From Camelus dromedarius (taxonomy: Eukaryota): a stretch of DNA of 64,000 bases. The DNA lies in assembly GCF_036321535.1 (NCBI RefSeq), contig NC_087437.1, positions 36,892,001 through 36,956,000 of the forward strand. The letters run 5' to 3'. The translations under genes were made by a program, and so were the position numbers. A model generated the notes under the pieces. That model was given only the letters and a program-made list of their open reading frames with translations, searched no databases and had not been told where the DNA came from. Below, in pieces: positions 25,461 to 38,049 of the stretch (positions within the stretch are counted from its first letter, which is position 1; every line of letters begins with the position of its first letter).

Positions 25461-25575
25461 AGGGGCTCGTGAGCAGAGCCTTCCTGGGTCCACACAACAA
25501 GATTAGGATCTTAGGATTTTGTCTTTATTCCCAATAAATATTCCCAATATTCCCAAGGTGAATGATTCATGTTCA

Positions 25576-25606
<31 letters not shown>

Positions 25607-26739
25607 CACAAAAATTAAAAATAACTCTGAAACCCATAACCTGGATTTAACTAGTACTAACTAACATTTTGGTTATATATTTAATTTTTATTTTAATGGG
25701 TTATTTGTATACATAGTTTTTATGAAATAAAATTTATATATACATTAAAAATTACATATATGAACTGTATGTGAACTTGGCATGTATACATTATGTATAA
25801 ATTATTCATGCTTTCCTCTTCTCAAGTTTTGCCATCGGTCCTGTTCCCATGCTTTTTATACCTTAAGTATTTAAATTATGTCATTTTCTTATGGCACTTT
25901 TCATGTTTCATAGTGTTTGGCAGAAACTAACCTCATTAATTTTACCTACATTGATACTTTATTCATTAGTTTCAAGATTTATTCATGTAATTCTTTTTTT
26001 TTTTAATTAAAATATTCTCTCAAATATGTAAGAAAAAGATCACATATAGAGAACAGGTCATTTAAATTTTAGTGACTTTTGTCTTAACTGTATTAAAGGC
26101 ATCAAAATATATACATACATAATATAGCATATATATTGTATATATGCATATATTTGTGAATATATTTCATTTTATACATTACCGTCAAAAAGTATTTATG
26201 TGGCTAAAATACTTAATACTATGCTATATTTAGTATGCAAATATTAACAGAACAAAAATAAATTTTTCTTTTTCAAGGTTTTTTTCTTTTTGGAAACAAT
26301 CTAATTTGTTTGCATGCATATCTCAGAAACAAATTGTTTAAAATTTTGAGAAAGTCTAGGCCATAGGAAAAATAAAAGAATACTTAAAAATTTATAGGAA
26401 AAGAAAAATTTAGTATTAAAAATTTTATTAGCTTTACATTTGTAAATTTAAGGTTGACTTTCAGTTACACAAAGGAATCTTAAAAGTATAAGCTATGTGG
26501 ACATTAACAAACTGACTTTTTGTGAATGACCTTTACTATTATATGGGCACATATGTTTGTATAAAACATACATTTAGAGTACACATATAAACATTATTGC
26601 TTCCTAATAATGACTCAAATATGGGCTAGAAATTCTGTCTCCTGGGTGGTCAAGCATTTGAGGATTAAATAGCTGAAAACTGTCGATGAGTTGTCTCTGT
26701 ATCTGTCTTTTTTCCTAGTCCTTGCCTTATGTGTGTATT

Positions 26740-27745
26740 TTTAAAGGACATCAGTTTTACATAGTGAAATGCAGAGTTTTAAGTATACAACTTGAGAAGT
26801 TTTGACAGAGTTGTACATTCTTAAACTTGACCTTAAGAGACAGATCATTGCTTCCTTCCCAGAAAGTCCCTGTTACCCCTTCCAGCCAATGTCCATTCCC
26901 TCCAAACTATTTATAGAAACCAGTTCTAATAACTATCAGCATACACTAATTTTGTTTTTTCTTAAATTTCATAGGATTGTAGTCTTTGGGTTTGGCCTCT
27001 TTTACTCAACATATCATTTTAGAGATCCATCCATGTTTGTGAAATCAGTGGTCCTCTCTTTATGATTGCTAAGGGGTATATTCTAAAATTATAATTTATT
27101 TGCCTAATCTATTAATGGATGTTTCGATGTGTCTAGATTTGAGCTATTATGAACAGTGTTGATATAAACAGTCTTGCACAAGTATTTGCAGCCCGATGTT
27201 ATAATCTCTTTGAGTAAATATCTGGAGTGGAATTGTTGGGCCACCGGTAGTTTATAGAACTGACTAAGAATCTCCTCAACTGTTTCCCAAAGTGGACACA
27301 CCATATTACACAACCACCCAAAATGTATGAGGGTTACAATTATTTCACATACTCACCAACATTTCATGTTGACTATCTTTATTTTTTCTCTTTTTTATTG
27401 AGTTTAGTCAGTTTACAATGTTGTGTCAATTTCCGGTGTAGAGCACAATTTTTCAGTTATACATGAATATACATATATTCATTGTTGCATTCTTTTTTGC
27501 TGTGAGCCACTACAAGATCTTGTATATATTTCCCTGTGCTATACAGTATAATCTTGTTTATCTATTCTATGTATATGCCTGTCAGTATCTACAAATTTCG
27601 AACTCCCAACTATCTTTTTAATCACACTCATATTGAGAGAATTAAGTGGTATCTCATAGTTTTAATTTGCATTTCCCTGATATGGAGCCCCTTTTCATGC
27701 GCTTTTGGTCATTGATACACATTCTTTTCTCTTGTGAAGTCTCTA
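26740..27745 (-). mobile_element. L1MB/ME 3' fragment, host of a nested young L1
   Basis: ttccttcccagaaagtccctg; gagtaaatatctggagtggaattgttgg; tgtttcccaaagtgg; gtggtatctcatagttttaatttgcatttccctga. Confidence 0.75.
27381..27608 (-). mobile_element. Camelid-type L1 3' fragment nested in older L1
   Basis: tttattgagtttagtcagtttacaatgttgtgtcaatttccggtgtagagc...; 9-bp TSD actatcttt at 27372-27380 and 27609-27617. Confidence 0.85.
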
Positions 27746-27779
27746 AGTAAAATATAGGTAAGAAATAATAGATTTTTAC

Positions 27780-29130
27780 TTCTTGTGTTAGTTGAGTTGA
27801 AGTTATTGGTGTAAAGTTGCTTAAATATTCTTTAATATTCCCTGTCTTTTAGTATATTTTAGGTCTGCTGCAATATCCTTTCATTCATTTTTTGTAATTG
27901 GAAATTTTTCTCTTTGTTGCTTGATCAGTCTTTTTAGCAGTTTTTACTTAACTTTTGCTAAATTGCTAACTTTTTACTGATTTTATTAATCTTTTCAAAG
28001 AACTAACTTACGGTATGTTTTCTCTGTTAATGATTTTTTATTTCACTGAGTTCAGCTCTTTTTTTTTCTATTTTTGTTTTGAAATTTCCCTTTTTTTTCC
28101 TATTATGGTGAAAACAAATGACTTATTTTAAACATTTGTACTTCTCTGATAAAAGCTTTAAAAATTGTAAACTTCTATTACATTAACATTTTAGTTGGAC
28201 TCCACAGATTTGCACTTGTATTTTTAATATTGTTTGGTTTGAAATATTTTCTCATTTCCCTTGTAATTTTCTACTCAATAATAAGTTAATTGGTGTGTTA
28301 TTTTAATTTTCAAATATTTAATAATTTCTGTATCTTTCCCTAATTTAATTCAATTTTAGTCAGAGAACATATTCTGTAAGATAGCAATAATTTGATAGTT
28401 ACTGAGACTTACAGGCTATCATCCAGCATTTGGTCTAACTTGGTGAACATTTTATGTATACTGAGAAGAAATTACTGTTGCATCTTCCTGGTTCTGTCAA
28501 AACTTCACTTTATTCTTCCTTAAAGCAGGCCAGCCTACTTTATTTACCTATTAGTGTGAGCTTGTGGGAATTATTCTAAGGTGTGGTATTTATGCCAAAG
28601 GCTTGTCCTTTCTTGAATCTCACCAAAGGACTTACTGAGGTTTCTCTACTCTTGCTGGGTGATAAGTCTAACATCCAGCACATCGCATAACCTTTGCTAT
28701 CCCCACTCATCTTTCGGCTCTGTACCAGGTGATCTTTGTAATACCTCGTAGAGTTGAACTTTGAGCATGAGTAGCCCAGACCTTGGTCAAGCATCTGTGG
28801 TGAATCCTGACACAGACTTCCTTCTCCCACATAATTCTTTTCAAAACCCTGTCTTGCAAATTTCTTCTACTTTAGCAGCTTGCAACTCCAGTATTTTTCT
28901 CTGCAGCCCTACTTAGATTCCATCTTCATTGGCAGGAAAGTGTCCCAAGGCAGAAATCTTAAGGGGATCATGACACTGTCCTCATGCATTTTCCTTCTTT
29001 CAAAGATCAGTCATAAGAGCTGCCTATCGGTTAATCCCTGAAAACTGTTGTCTAGTATCTTGTGCCAAGTTTTATAAATAATTATTTTTGTTCAGAGGGG
29101 AAGGCTGGTACTCTTTCATAGTGGAAAGTA
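27780..29130 (-). mobile_element. Old L1 ORF2 and 5' fragments
   Basis: atcttttcaaagaactaactt; gtcagagaacatattctgtaagat; tctaacttggtgaacatttt. Confidence 0.55.
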
Positions 29131-29318
29131 AAAGCCCAACCACACCTTTGGAGTATAGTTGAGAAAGCATTAAGTAAGTGTTTTCTGTCTCTCTTATCAT
29201 AGGTTTGAACTTACATAACAATGAAACTATTTGTGATCCTTTAGCAGGATGGGAAGTATATATGATTATGAACAGTTATGTAATTCTTATGAGTGCCATT
29301 TCTTTGATCTGTAGAGAT

Positions 29319-29776
29319 TGTCGACTGAAATAAAAGCGCAGCCTAAAGGTTGAGAGTTTTGTTTTACTTGGTGGGAGGACTCGAGATGGCTCTGAGGGAC
29401 TGCTCTGAAGAGGTAGGGAAGGAGCTAGGATATATAGGAGCTTTACAACAAAGACCAGGTAGTTGGAACAAAAAAAATTACTTGTTATCTAAAGAAAACC
29501 AGGCATCTCAAGTTAAAGAATTTAGTGCTTTTCTCTGTGTGGGAGGAAGCAAGCATTTGGGCTCACTGAATTCATTCCTTTGACAAGCACCTAGCCATCT
29601 AGGGCCAGTATCCTGTCCTTTCTTATTCTGAGTCCCCTCAGGGTGCACCATTGTGAGTGGCTGCAGAGGCTGGGCTGCAGGCTTGTCTTCACTGGAGGGT
29701 GGCGGCAGCCGCTGATGACTTGATGGCTTCAGCGTTCTTTGTTTACTGATATGGTTTGCAGTATTTTTTGTTCACA
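29319..29776 (-). mobile_element. MER41-like ERV1 solo LTR, copy A (458 bp)
   Basis: TG...CA termini; perfect 4-bp TSD AGAT (29315-29318 and 29777-29780); minus-strand TATA; ~96% identical to 36616-37073. Confidence 0.9.
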
Positions 29777-30198
29777 AGATCGTAGTACCAATGTTTCAGA
29801 GTTGTTACCAGATTGAAATAAAATATGTAAGATATCTGTCACATTGAAAGTATATAGATTTTAGAATTTTCCCCTCTAATTAAAAAAATATATAAAATAA
29901 ATATTGAAAAGATAAGTTACCCAGATGTTTCTGTTTTCTCTCAGGTTTATTATTTTCCTTTAATTCCATCTTAAATCATTACTACCATGAGGTGAGAGTG
30001 TTTTCTCATAACAGTATGTGCCCCTGAGATTGTTCTCAGAACAGGATTATGTATAAATCAATATTATCTCATTTTTCATCTTTTAATTAATCTCTCTAAT
30101 TCGATATTATGATTTCATTAGTTTTTTAAAAGCAAATCATTCTTCCTGCTATGTTTTTTTCTGGTTTCTCATCAAAGTCCACCTTGTTCCACTCAGTC

Positions 30199-30663
30199 TG
30201 TGAAGGAAAAACCGGGCTGCTCTAACAAGATAACTCACAAGTCTAGGAATGTGAAGGAGAGGCTGGGCTGGGCTAACAAGATAACTCTCAAATCTAAGTA
30301 TTGGAATACTGATCTGAGTTCTGCTAGACTAACTTGTAAATCTAAGTTAATTAGTGTTGGTTTGCTGTTCATGTTTTTTTGCTAGCCAGCTGGGTTTTCA
30401 AAGATACATATCTGGCTTTGGAATGTTGGTTTGCTGCCTCCCCACCTCCACTTTTGTGATGATAATGCTGCTAAAGCTGTTCCATGCCTATTGGCCGAAT
30501 ACCCCAAGCTTGTACTTTACCCTATAAAACCTCTTGCGCACGTCTTGGAGGTGCTCAGATCTTCGGAGCAGAAGCCCCTCTGAGCCCACTGGTGTAATAC
30601 ATCTGAGTACTCCAACCCTCCGAGTGTTGCTTGTTTCTTGACTGGCATGTCGTTTCCGTAACA
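30199..30663 (+). mobile_element. Young ERV solo LTR with duplicated U3 repeats
   Basis: ATTGG box ~30490, TATAAAA ~30523, AATACA polyA-like signal ~30596, 3' end gtttccgtaaCA, retained CpGs; 5' boundary uncertain and no TSD confirmed. Confidence 0.75.
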
Positions 30664-33600
30664 TTTCATCACCTCTGCAAACTGCTTTCTGAGCCAAGCA
30701 CCCAGAAACTGTGTTTAATTCTTTAGTGTATTTTTAATACACTAAAAAGCATAATCCATATCCTTTTTTCAAAACTTTGAAGCTTACTTATCTTTGTTTT
30801 TGTTGACTTCCTTTCCTTTATTCTCCTTCCCTGTAATCCTTTCAAACAAATCTTTTTACTCTTCTTTTCATTTGATAATCCTATTAGCATATAATGTCTA
30901 GAGACCTTTAGTGTCTCCCGAGTGACTTTGGACATTTGCGCACTCTCACAAAGATAGAACTGATGAGGGAGGTAAGCAAGGGTTTGCTTATCTTTTATTT
31001 TATTAAAGTATATTTACAGATAATAACACTGCCTGTCTGACTGGCAGTTCAGTTGTCAGGAAGACAGGGCCAAATGTCTCTTTGTAGAAAAAGCTACAAT
31101 ACCATAACCTTTCAGGGAGAATTTTTTACCAATAAAAACAATCTAATAAAAAACCCAGCAAGAATTTTTTAAAATAAAAAGCCACATGACTGTTGCCAAT
31201 ATTTTGGCCTCTGTGTCACCGACAGTGCTCATTGTTGGGTTAACTCATAAGAAACATAGTGGGTTTTGACCTTCTTTATCCATATTTGTTGAACATCCTG
31301 CAACAACCATGTTTATTCTTTAACTTGTTAGGCAGAAGTAGTCCTAGCCTGAAACCTCCTGATGCATGTTAATTTTGAAGACACTTTTTTAGTTTTTGGG
31401 TTTTTTTGTTTTTTGTTTTTTGTTTTTTTGAGAATGCCATCCTGAGGGAAATATTTTAATATCATAGAGGAACAGTTGCAACTTTTTGTTTTCTTTTAGA
31501 CTTTTTAGTAAGTAAATTTACTCAAAATGTATTAAATGAAGTTAAGTTTACTATGGTAAATGTAAAAGAAGCACCATCTGACAGTAAGAAGTGGTTTAAA
31601 ATAAATACAATGAAACTTCCATGAGTGTGTTAACTTCCAGTCAAGTACAATGTTTGGTGAAGGCTTGAGACTAAGGCCTACTTCTCTTTTATAAAAAGAG
31701 AGATTAGCAAAAGTCAGAGGTTGTTAAATACATCTTCATGCCAAAGTGAGATGTTCCTCATGATGCAATCAGAAGGATTGAAACCAGATTGAAAAAGTAA
31801 TCATTTTCTCTCCCATGTAATCCAATGTAATTTAAAGCTGTATCCTTAATACCTAAAATAATCTCTATATCAATAGTGGTACTTGCCACACATATTTGGA
31901 AAGGTTACCCTAAGGAAAACCTTCCTAATCCTAGAACATAGACTTCACAGCTGCCTGTATTGCCCCTGCATCTTTACTGATCACTGGACACAAGGCATTA
32001 TTCACCTAAATATAGAGAACCCAGTAAAAAAAAAAATCAATATCCTTTTAATTTACTAATTAAAGAAAACTATCAGTCACATATTTTCCTAGTTATGGTT
32101 GGAAGCATGGTAAACAAATATATTTAGCTTTAAGAGTCCTAAAAAAAAAAAAGCAATCAGGTTTCATCAGCAATACAGGTTGGTGCAAACGGCAGTGTTG
32201 TCCAGAAACTCAACAAGCCTGAGGAGCAGAGCAGGTCTTTAAAGATTCAAGTTTTTAAAAAGAAACTTGTACTCAGTTATATATTTCACATTTATTTTCT
32301 TTAACTGAGCCCTTTAATGAATCTGTAGCTTCCTGAAGGCAATCATGATTGTCCCAAGAAAGTTTATATTTTTTCTGTGAACACAGAGAAAGACACGCAC
32401 ATGAATAGTGCCCTGGGCAGAGTCCAAACTACATCAGAAGGTAAATAGGAGACTGAAAACAGAAAGTAGACACTAAGTGTCAAGAAAAGATATTTCACAA
32501 TATAAGAACTTAAAAAAAAAAGAAAGAAAGAAAAAGCATCTGGAGTTACAATTCCAATAGAGCTCACAAAAACCTCTTTCATTGCAATATAGTTTATTAC
32601 AGCACACTTTTCCCTCCTAGGTCCAAAGCAATAGACTGGGCCTCCAGCATACTCACAGAAACATCTCAATTTCTGAAAACAGACTCAGGCTTGGCTGCAA
32701 TCTTGCTTATAGGCAGAAGCTCACAGTATGATTTAGAGTATTTGAAGAAAGCCCCTTACTCATGTTAATTATTCATCATTTCTCACTGATATATATAAAT
32801 CAGAATATAGATTGTTGCAAGTTCTGTCAAGCTGGCAGGCCATTCTTTTCTGTTATCTAGCCTGGTAAACTCCTATTTCTCTTAAAAGCCAGTCCAGATC
32901 TCCCTTGTGACAATTCCTAGGCTTAAACTACTTTCCCCCGCTCCCACATCCCTCTGTTATAGGCTTTATTGTTTCCTTTTATAGTTTTTCCTTGATTGCC
33001 TCCCTCACTAGTCGAGAGGTAGTATTTTGAATCATCTCCTGAGAAGTTCAGATACTAGCTTGGCTTTTTAATTAGTATCAGGATTTGGGGAATGACTTTT
33101 TTTCCCCTAATTTCTTTAAAATTTTATTTTGTCTTTTTAAAATTTAATAGCCTGTTTTCTAAATTAAAATGAAAACAGCACCCCTTGTATTTTTTCTGAA
33201 GAGTAGATAAAATAATATGTGTGAAATGTTTAACACATATTTGAGACTCCATAAATGGTGGTGATTCATGTTATTTTTTTAAACTTTGAGTTACTCTAGA
33301 AAAAGGATCACTTCTGATCCTAAGAGCTGTAAAATTAGTGTATATAACTTATTTTTGTATGTATTATAAGTTTTATATATATATATAATAGTACCTAGTA
33401 TTTAATTTTATCAATATTTCAAAGATACAAATAATTTCAAGGCACAGGGAAAGTTTGAGACCTTCATCTCAACTTCCCAGTGTCTTTCTTCCTACATCAA
33501 ACATGCTTTGGCTCAGGTAACATGAGGTTTGGCTCAGGTAACATGAAGTGTGCAGTCACCTCACTTACACAGGAAGAACCATTTAAGTTATGAAACACTT

Positions 33601-35618
33601 CAATTTTATAATCAGATAATTATCCCTTATATGACATTTTTCATATACACACTGCTCAAGGCATTTCACAAACAAGTATCATTTAGTGTAAGCAGGAGGT
33701 CTAGCATTAGCGTGTTAACAGGCTTGGAAAGAGTGAATGGGTTGAAAAGCCACTGTTTGACCATTTACTTATTGCATGTTTGATAGATTCTGGATAATTA
33801 CCATTTCTCCACCATACCCGCCTCTCTAAATTACATGTTTATCCATTTATATGTATCCCTTTACTGATCCCATTCTATAGCTTACAATATAACTACGATT
33901 ATGCATCTTTAATTGTTACAATCAGTTTCTGGAGTTCTCGTCGTCTATATTAGCATCAAGTCTGGCTCCTTTCCCTCAGTCTTTCCTTTTTCACATCTGA
34001 CCAAGAATGTCTGGGGCTTAGTCAGTACAAAGGTATCAGACCTGCTTCCAAATAGTTGACTACACAGAGAGAAATGCAAAGTGTAATTCATCCATCATAT
34101 TAAACTTTGGCCCCTGCCCCTTCGTTTCTGTGATGACAACTCTACCCACAGTCTCATGGAAGCTTTCCTGCTGCTGAGAGGATGGCTGTCCCTCTGGTGT
34201 CTTTGCCCGGCCTCAGTGCTGCTCTGCGTGGTGCCAGTGTCAGTCCTTCCCAAACACTTCTTCAGCCCTTTAACCGGGAAAATACATACTTCTACGCAGA
34301 CTGAACTATCCCTATTGCCATAAAAATGCTAGGATTTTTAAGAACACAAGAGATAAAAACATTCAATTTTCAGTCTTTTTGATTTCCAAAATAAATCTAA
34401 TTGGAACCCAATTCCCCTCCTTTCCTCTACATCACTTCAGATGTTACAAACTAATATTTGCTCACTTGCTCACAAGGAACCACTCAAGTGACTTCAAGCC
34501 TAGTAGCTGTGCTGAGCGAATGGACATTTTGTTCTCATCTTCCAGAGAGGCTATGGGAATGTCACTTACACACAGATAAAATCAATCCATATAATACTTT
34601 ATTTCTACAGTTGACAACAATGTCTGGCATATATTATATGTTGATTAAATTATACAAATATGGCAATTTATTCTATGTAACTTACTGTATACTTTCTATA
34701 AACAATGTGTTCTATCAATTTTAGCTATATCTTCAACTTGAATTTATAAAATATATATTGTTTGCCAGAGACTGTGCTAAGTCCTTTACATATATTTTCC
34801 CATTTTTATCATTACATCAACTATATGTTGTGAACATTATTTCTATTTAGTAGGAAATTGAATTTTATAGGTTTACCTGAATTGCTCATAGTGCCTAAGA
34901 GAGCCAGGATTTGAATCCATTTCCCTTTGAATTTAGAAGCAAATGTTTAACAAGCATGATAATACTCTCGTTACAATGCAAATATTCCTGTAATAAATAG
35001 TATAATAACGCCTATTATCTTATTGTGAATATGTTTCTTAGCTGGTTTTCCTCTATGATGTAACAAATTATACATTAGGAAAGCATTGTATGCAGTTAAA
35101 GAAGGAAGTATTTAAATGGTAGAACCAGAGAGAAAGGGGAAGAACTATGCCAAAAATCAGCCAATCTGACCTCCTTTATTATTCTGCTTTGTGCTAAGAT
35201 ACTGAGATTCAATCAGTCTGAACAAGAGCATTAAAAAAAAAAAAGCACTTTTACAGTTTTATTGTTTAACATACATGACACACACAAACACAGAGATACA
35301 GAAATGGGTCAAGTCGTCATGCAAACTCAATATAGATGAATTAAAGTGGTATAGTTTGTTTTTAATCTCCTTTTCCTTCCTACAATCTGAATTGCATAAA
35401 ATTTTTAAAAAATCAAAAATTTTACTAGACTGGTCACTTTTTTCATCCAAATTTTTAACTCATAAGAAATTTCATGTAAAACGTTAAAGTGGACTCTTTT
35501 AAGTCTACTAAATTTGATATTCTATATCTGTCCATCTACCAGTCTCTATGTAATTTGGAAGCCCTCCATACTCCAGAGGATAGCAAGGATTACACATGCA
35601 TTTAAACTTGTTAAAAAT

Positions 35619-35768
35619 GGGAGGAGGGTATAGCTCAGTGGTAGAGCACAAGCCTAGCATGCACAAGGTCATGTGTTCGATCCCTAGTACATCTATTAAA
35701 TAAAAAATAACAATAATAAGTAAATAAACCTAACTAACCCCCCAAAAAACAAAAACAAATTTAAAAAA
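35619..35768 (+). mobile_element. Camelid Vic-type tRNA-Ala-derived SINE, full length
   Basis: A box tagctcagtgg (35631-35641), B box gttcgatcc (35675-35683), A-rich tail; TSD ttgttaaaaat at 35608-35618 and 35769-35779. Confidence 0.92.
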
Positions 35769-35884
35769 TTGTTAAAAATAGAATTTGGAAAATTATTCAA
35801 GTTTGTTTTTATTATATAATATATGTTTGTAATAAGAGTAATGAGAGATAAGGGCATAAGGGTAAAACCATTTAAAATTTAAAA

Positions 35885-36040
35885 TTATATGTGATGGAGG
35901 TGTTAGCTAACTTAAGGCTATGGTGGTAATCATATTGCAAGATATGAGTGTATCATCAAATCAACACTTTGTACATCTTGCACTAAGTTATATGCTGATC
36001 ATTTCTCAATAAAGCTGAACAAAATTTTTAAAATACAATT
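35885..36040 (+). mobile_element. L1 3'-terminal fragment
   Basis: tgatggaggtgttagctaac...ggtaatcatattgcaa...atcaaatcaacactttgtacatctt...tctcaataaagctg. Confidence 0.75.
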
Positions 36041-36615
36041 TAAAATGAAAAATTACTCAGGCATAATTTTTATTGATAGAGTAAATAGATACTTAAACCA
36101 TTTTAGAGATGAAGACCATATTATTTCTATGTGTTGGATATGTTTTCATATATATCATGATATAAATGTATTTGGTACTTACAAGTAAAGATGCTTTAAT
36201 GAATTTAAATTCAAAGTTCTTAAATTCAAAATTCAAAATTAAATTTAAAATTTAAATTTCCAGTTTCTGATAATGTGGTGGGATGTGACTTCTAAAAATT
36301 TCAGTTATCTAGGAACATTTTGAAAACAGAGATTGATGTTCATTTTTGAGTTTCCAGTGCTTTGCAAAATACCTGATTTAAAATAGCTATTGGGTAAATG
36401 AATGAGCTTTAAAGCAATAATTAATATATATAAATATACTTGTCAAAATTATTTTTGACTAAGTATTTCTACATATTTCAGTTGCATCTAGACATTTGAA
36501 AATTTCAAATTTGTTGCTACCACATTCAACATGTTACATGAACATGACATTCAATCTGTCTTTGTAGTAGCCTAATTCATTCATTTCAGTCTCAGAATTG
36601 AATATTAGCGGTTAT

Positions 36616-37073
36616 TGTTGACTGAAATAAAAGCGCAGCCTAAAAGTTGAGAGTTATGTTTTATTTGGTGGGAGGACTCGAGATGCCTCTGAGGGACTGC
36701 TCCAAAGAGGTAGGGAAGGAGCTAGGATATATAGGAGCTTTACAACAAAGACCAGGTAGTTGGAACAAAAAAAATTACTTGTTAACTAAAGAAAACCAGG
36801 CATCTCAAGTTGAAGAATTTAGTGCTTTTCTCTGTGTGGGAGGAAGCAAACGTTTGGGATCATTGAATTCATTCCTTTGACAAGCACCTAGCCATCTAGG
36901 GCCAGTATCCTGTCCTTTCTTATTCTGAGTCCCCTCAGGGTGCACCATTGTGAGTGGCTGCAGAGGCTGGGCTGCAGGCTTGTCTTCACTGGGGGGTGGC
37001 AGCAGCTGCTGATGACTTGATGGCTTCAGCATTCTTTGTTTACTGATATGGTTTGCAGTATTTTCCGTTCACA
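36616..37073 (-). mobile_element. MER41-like ERV1 solo LTR, copy B (458 bp)
   Basis: TG...CA termini; 4-bp TSD TTAT/CTAT (1 mismatch); intact minus-strand AATAAA and TATA. Confidence 0.9.
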
Positions 37074-38049
37074 CTATTAAGGTTCATATTACATATATAT
37101 AGAGTCTGATATTTCTCTGTATCACATTTTTATCAATTTATTTGTAATGTAGAAACTTCCATGGCATTTTTTGTAGCGTATCACCACTGATGATCCCCCT
37201 TTCCAGGCCTGAATTTAGCTGAATAAATAACTCCAGTGTAAAATCTCTAACCTGTTACTGTGACCTCTGTCTATCCTTCCCTAGTCTGCTCCCACCTTTA
37301 GGCAAGACCCATGATGCTTCACAGTCATTGGACCCATTCTAGTGTTTGAGGTTTTTTGTTTTTATTTTAGTATTAAAAATTACTGCATTTAAATGTATAT
37401 CAATCTTCTCCCAAATAGTCATGTAAGTAAAAGTCATTGAATGTATATAGAACATAGATTATAATTTCTTTAGAATATGTATTCAGATCTGCTGTCCACT
37501 GTAGACAATGTACAAATAACCCACTCTGATATTAACAGCTGTCTTGATGCCTTTCCTCTTAAACTGCTATATAGCCTCACATTTATGTTTGAGGTACAAT
37601 TAGAAATTATAGAATGATAGTTTATTTAGTCCTTTGGGCACAGAAGTAATGGGAAAGCAAAAATACCAAAATATTAGTTGACTGATCAGGACTCCAAACC
37701 TTATACAGTTCAGTCATTTGATTTAGGCAGTGAGTCACTGAATGATTTTATTAATCCAAATGGGAAGTTGAACCAGGTGATTATTCAGGATATTTATCCT
37801 TTTAGGAGAACCTTTAATAGAATTTTTTTAAAGAGCTGGAGGGCAGATGATGTAAATATGTTATTTAATTTATAAGTGTTAGAAAATATTTGAACAATAA
37901 AAAACATCTCACTTATCTAGAAGTTTACATTTTAGTAATCCTCTCTACAGACCTTACTCTGCTGCTTAAAAATATTATGTGGTTTCTTCAATACTTCAAG
38001 ACAAAGCAATACAACAGAAAGGACCTTTTTCTTGATCCAGCTGTGCCCC

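Noticed and set aside
29350..29583. Duplicated 77-aa ORF (also 36647-36880) suggesting a gene pair
   Set aside because: Both start at TTG, run antisense within the LTR copies, and are similar only because the LTRs are.
29945..29991. 47-nt AG...GTGAGA candidate exon
   Set aside because: AT-rich, non-coding-like composition; such pseudo-exons are common in long introns.
32161..32174. 14-mer gtttcatcagcaat shared with 23501-23514
   Set aside because: Several exact 14-mer matches are expected by chance in 64 kb.
35619..35695. tRNA-Ala gene
   Set aside because: The A-rich tail, TSD and degenerate stems identify it as a SINE head.
36200..36260. Short AT-rich repeats (ttaaattcaaa-like) resembling an array
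   Set aside because: Low-complexity sequence with no repeat-spacer structure; no CRISPR-like array anywhere in the window.
29777..36615. Retroviral internal region between the twin LTRs
   Set aside because: No PBS, PPT or gag/pol/env-like ORF; the interval contains host DNA, a SINE and an L1; each LTR has its own TSD.
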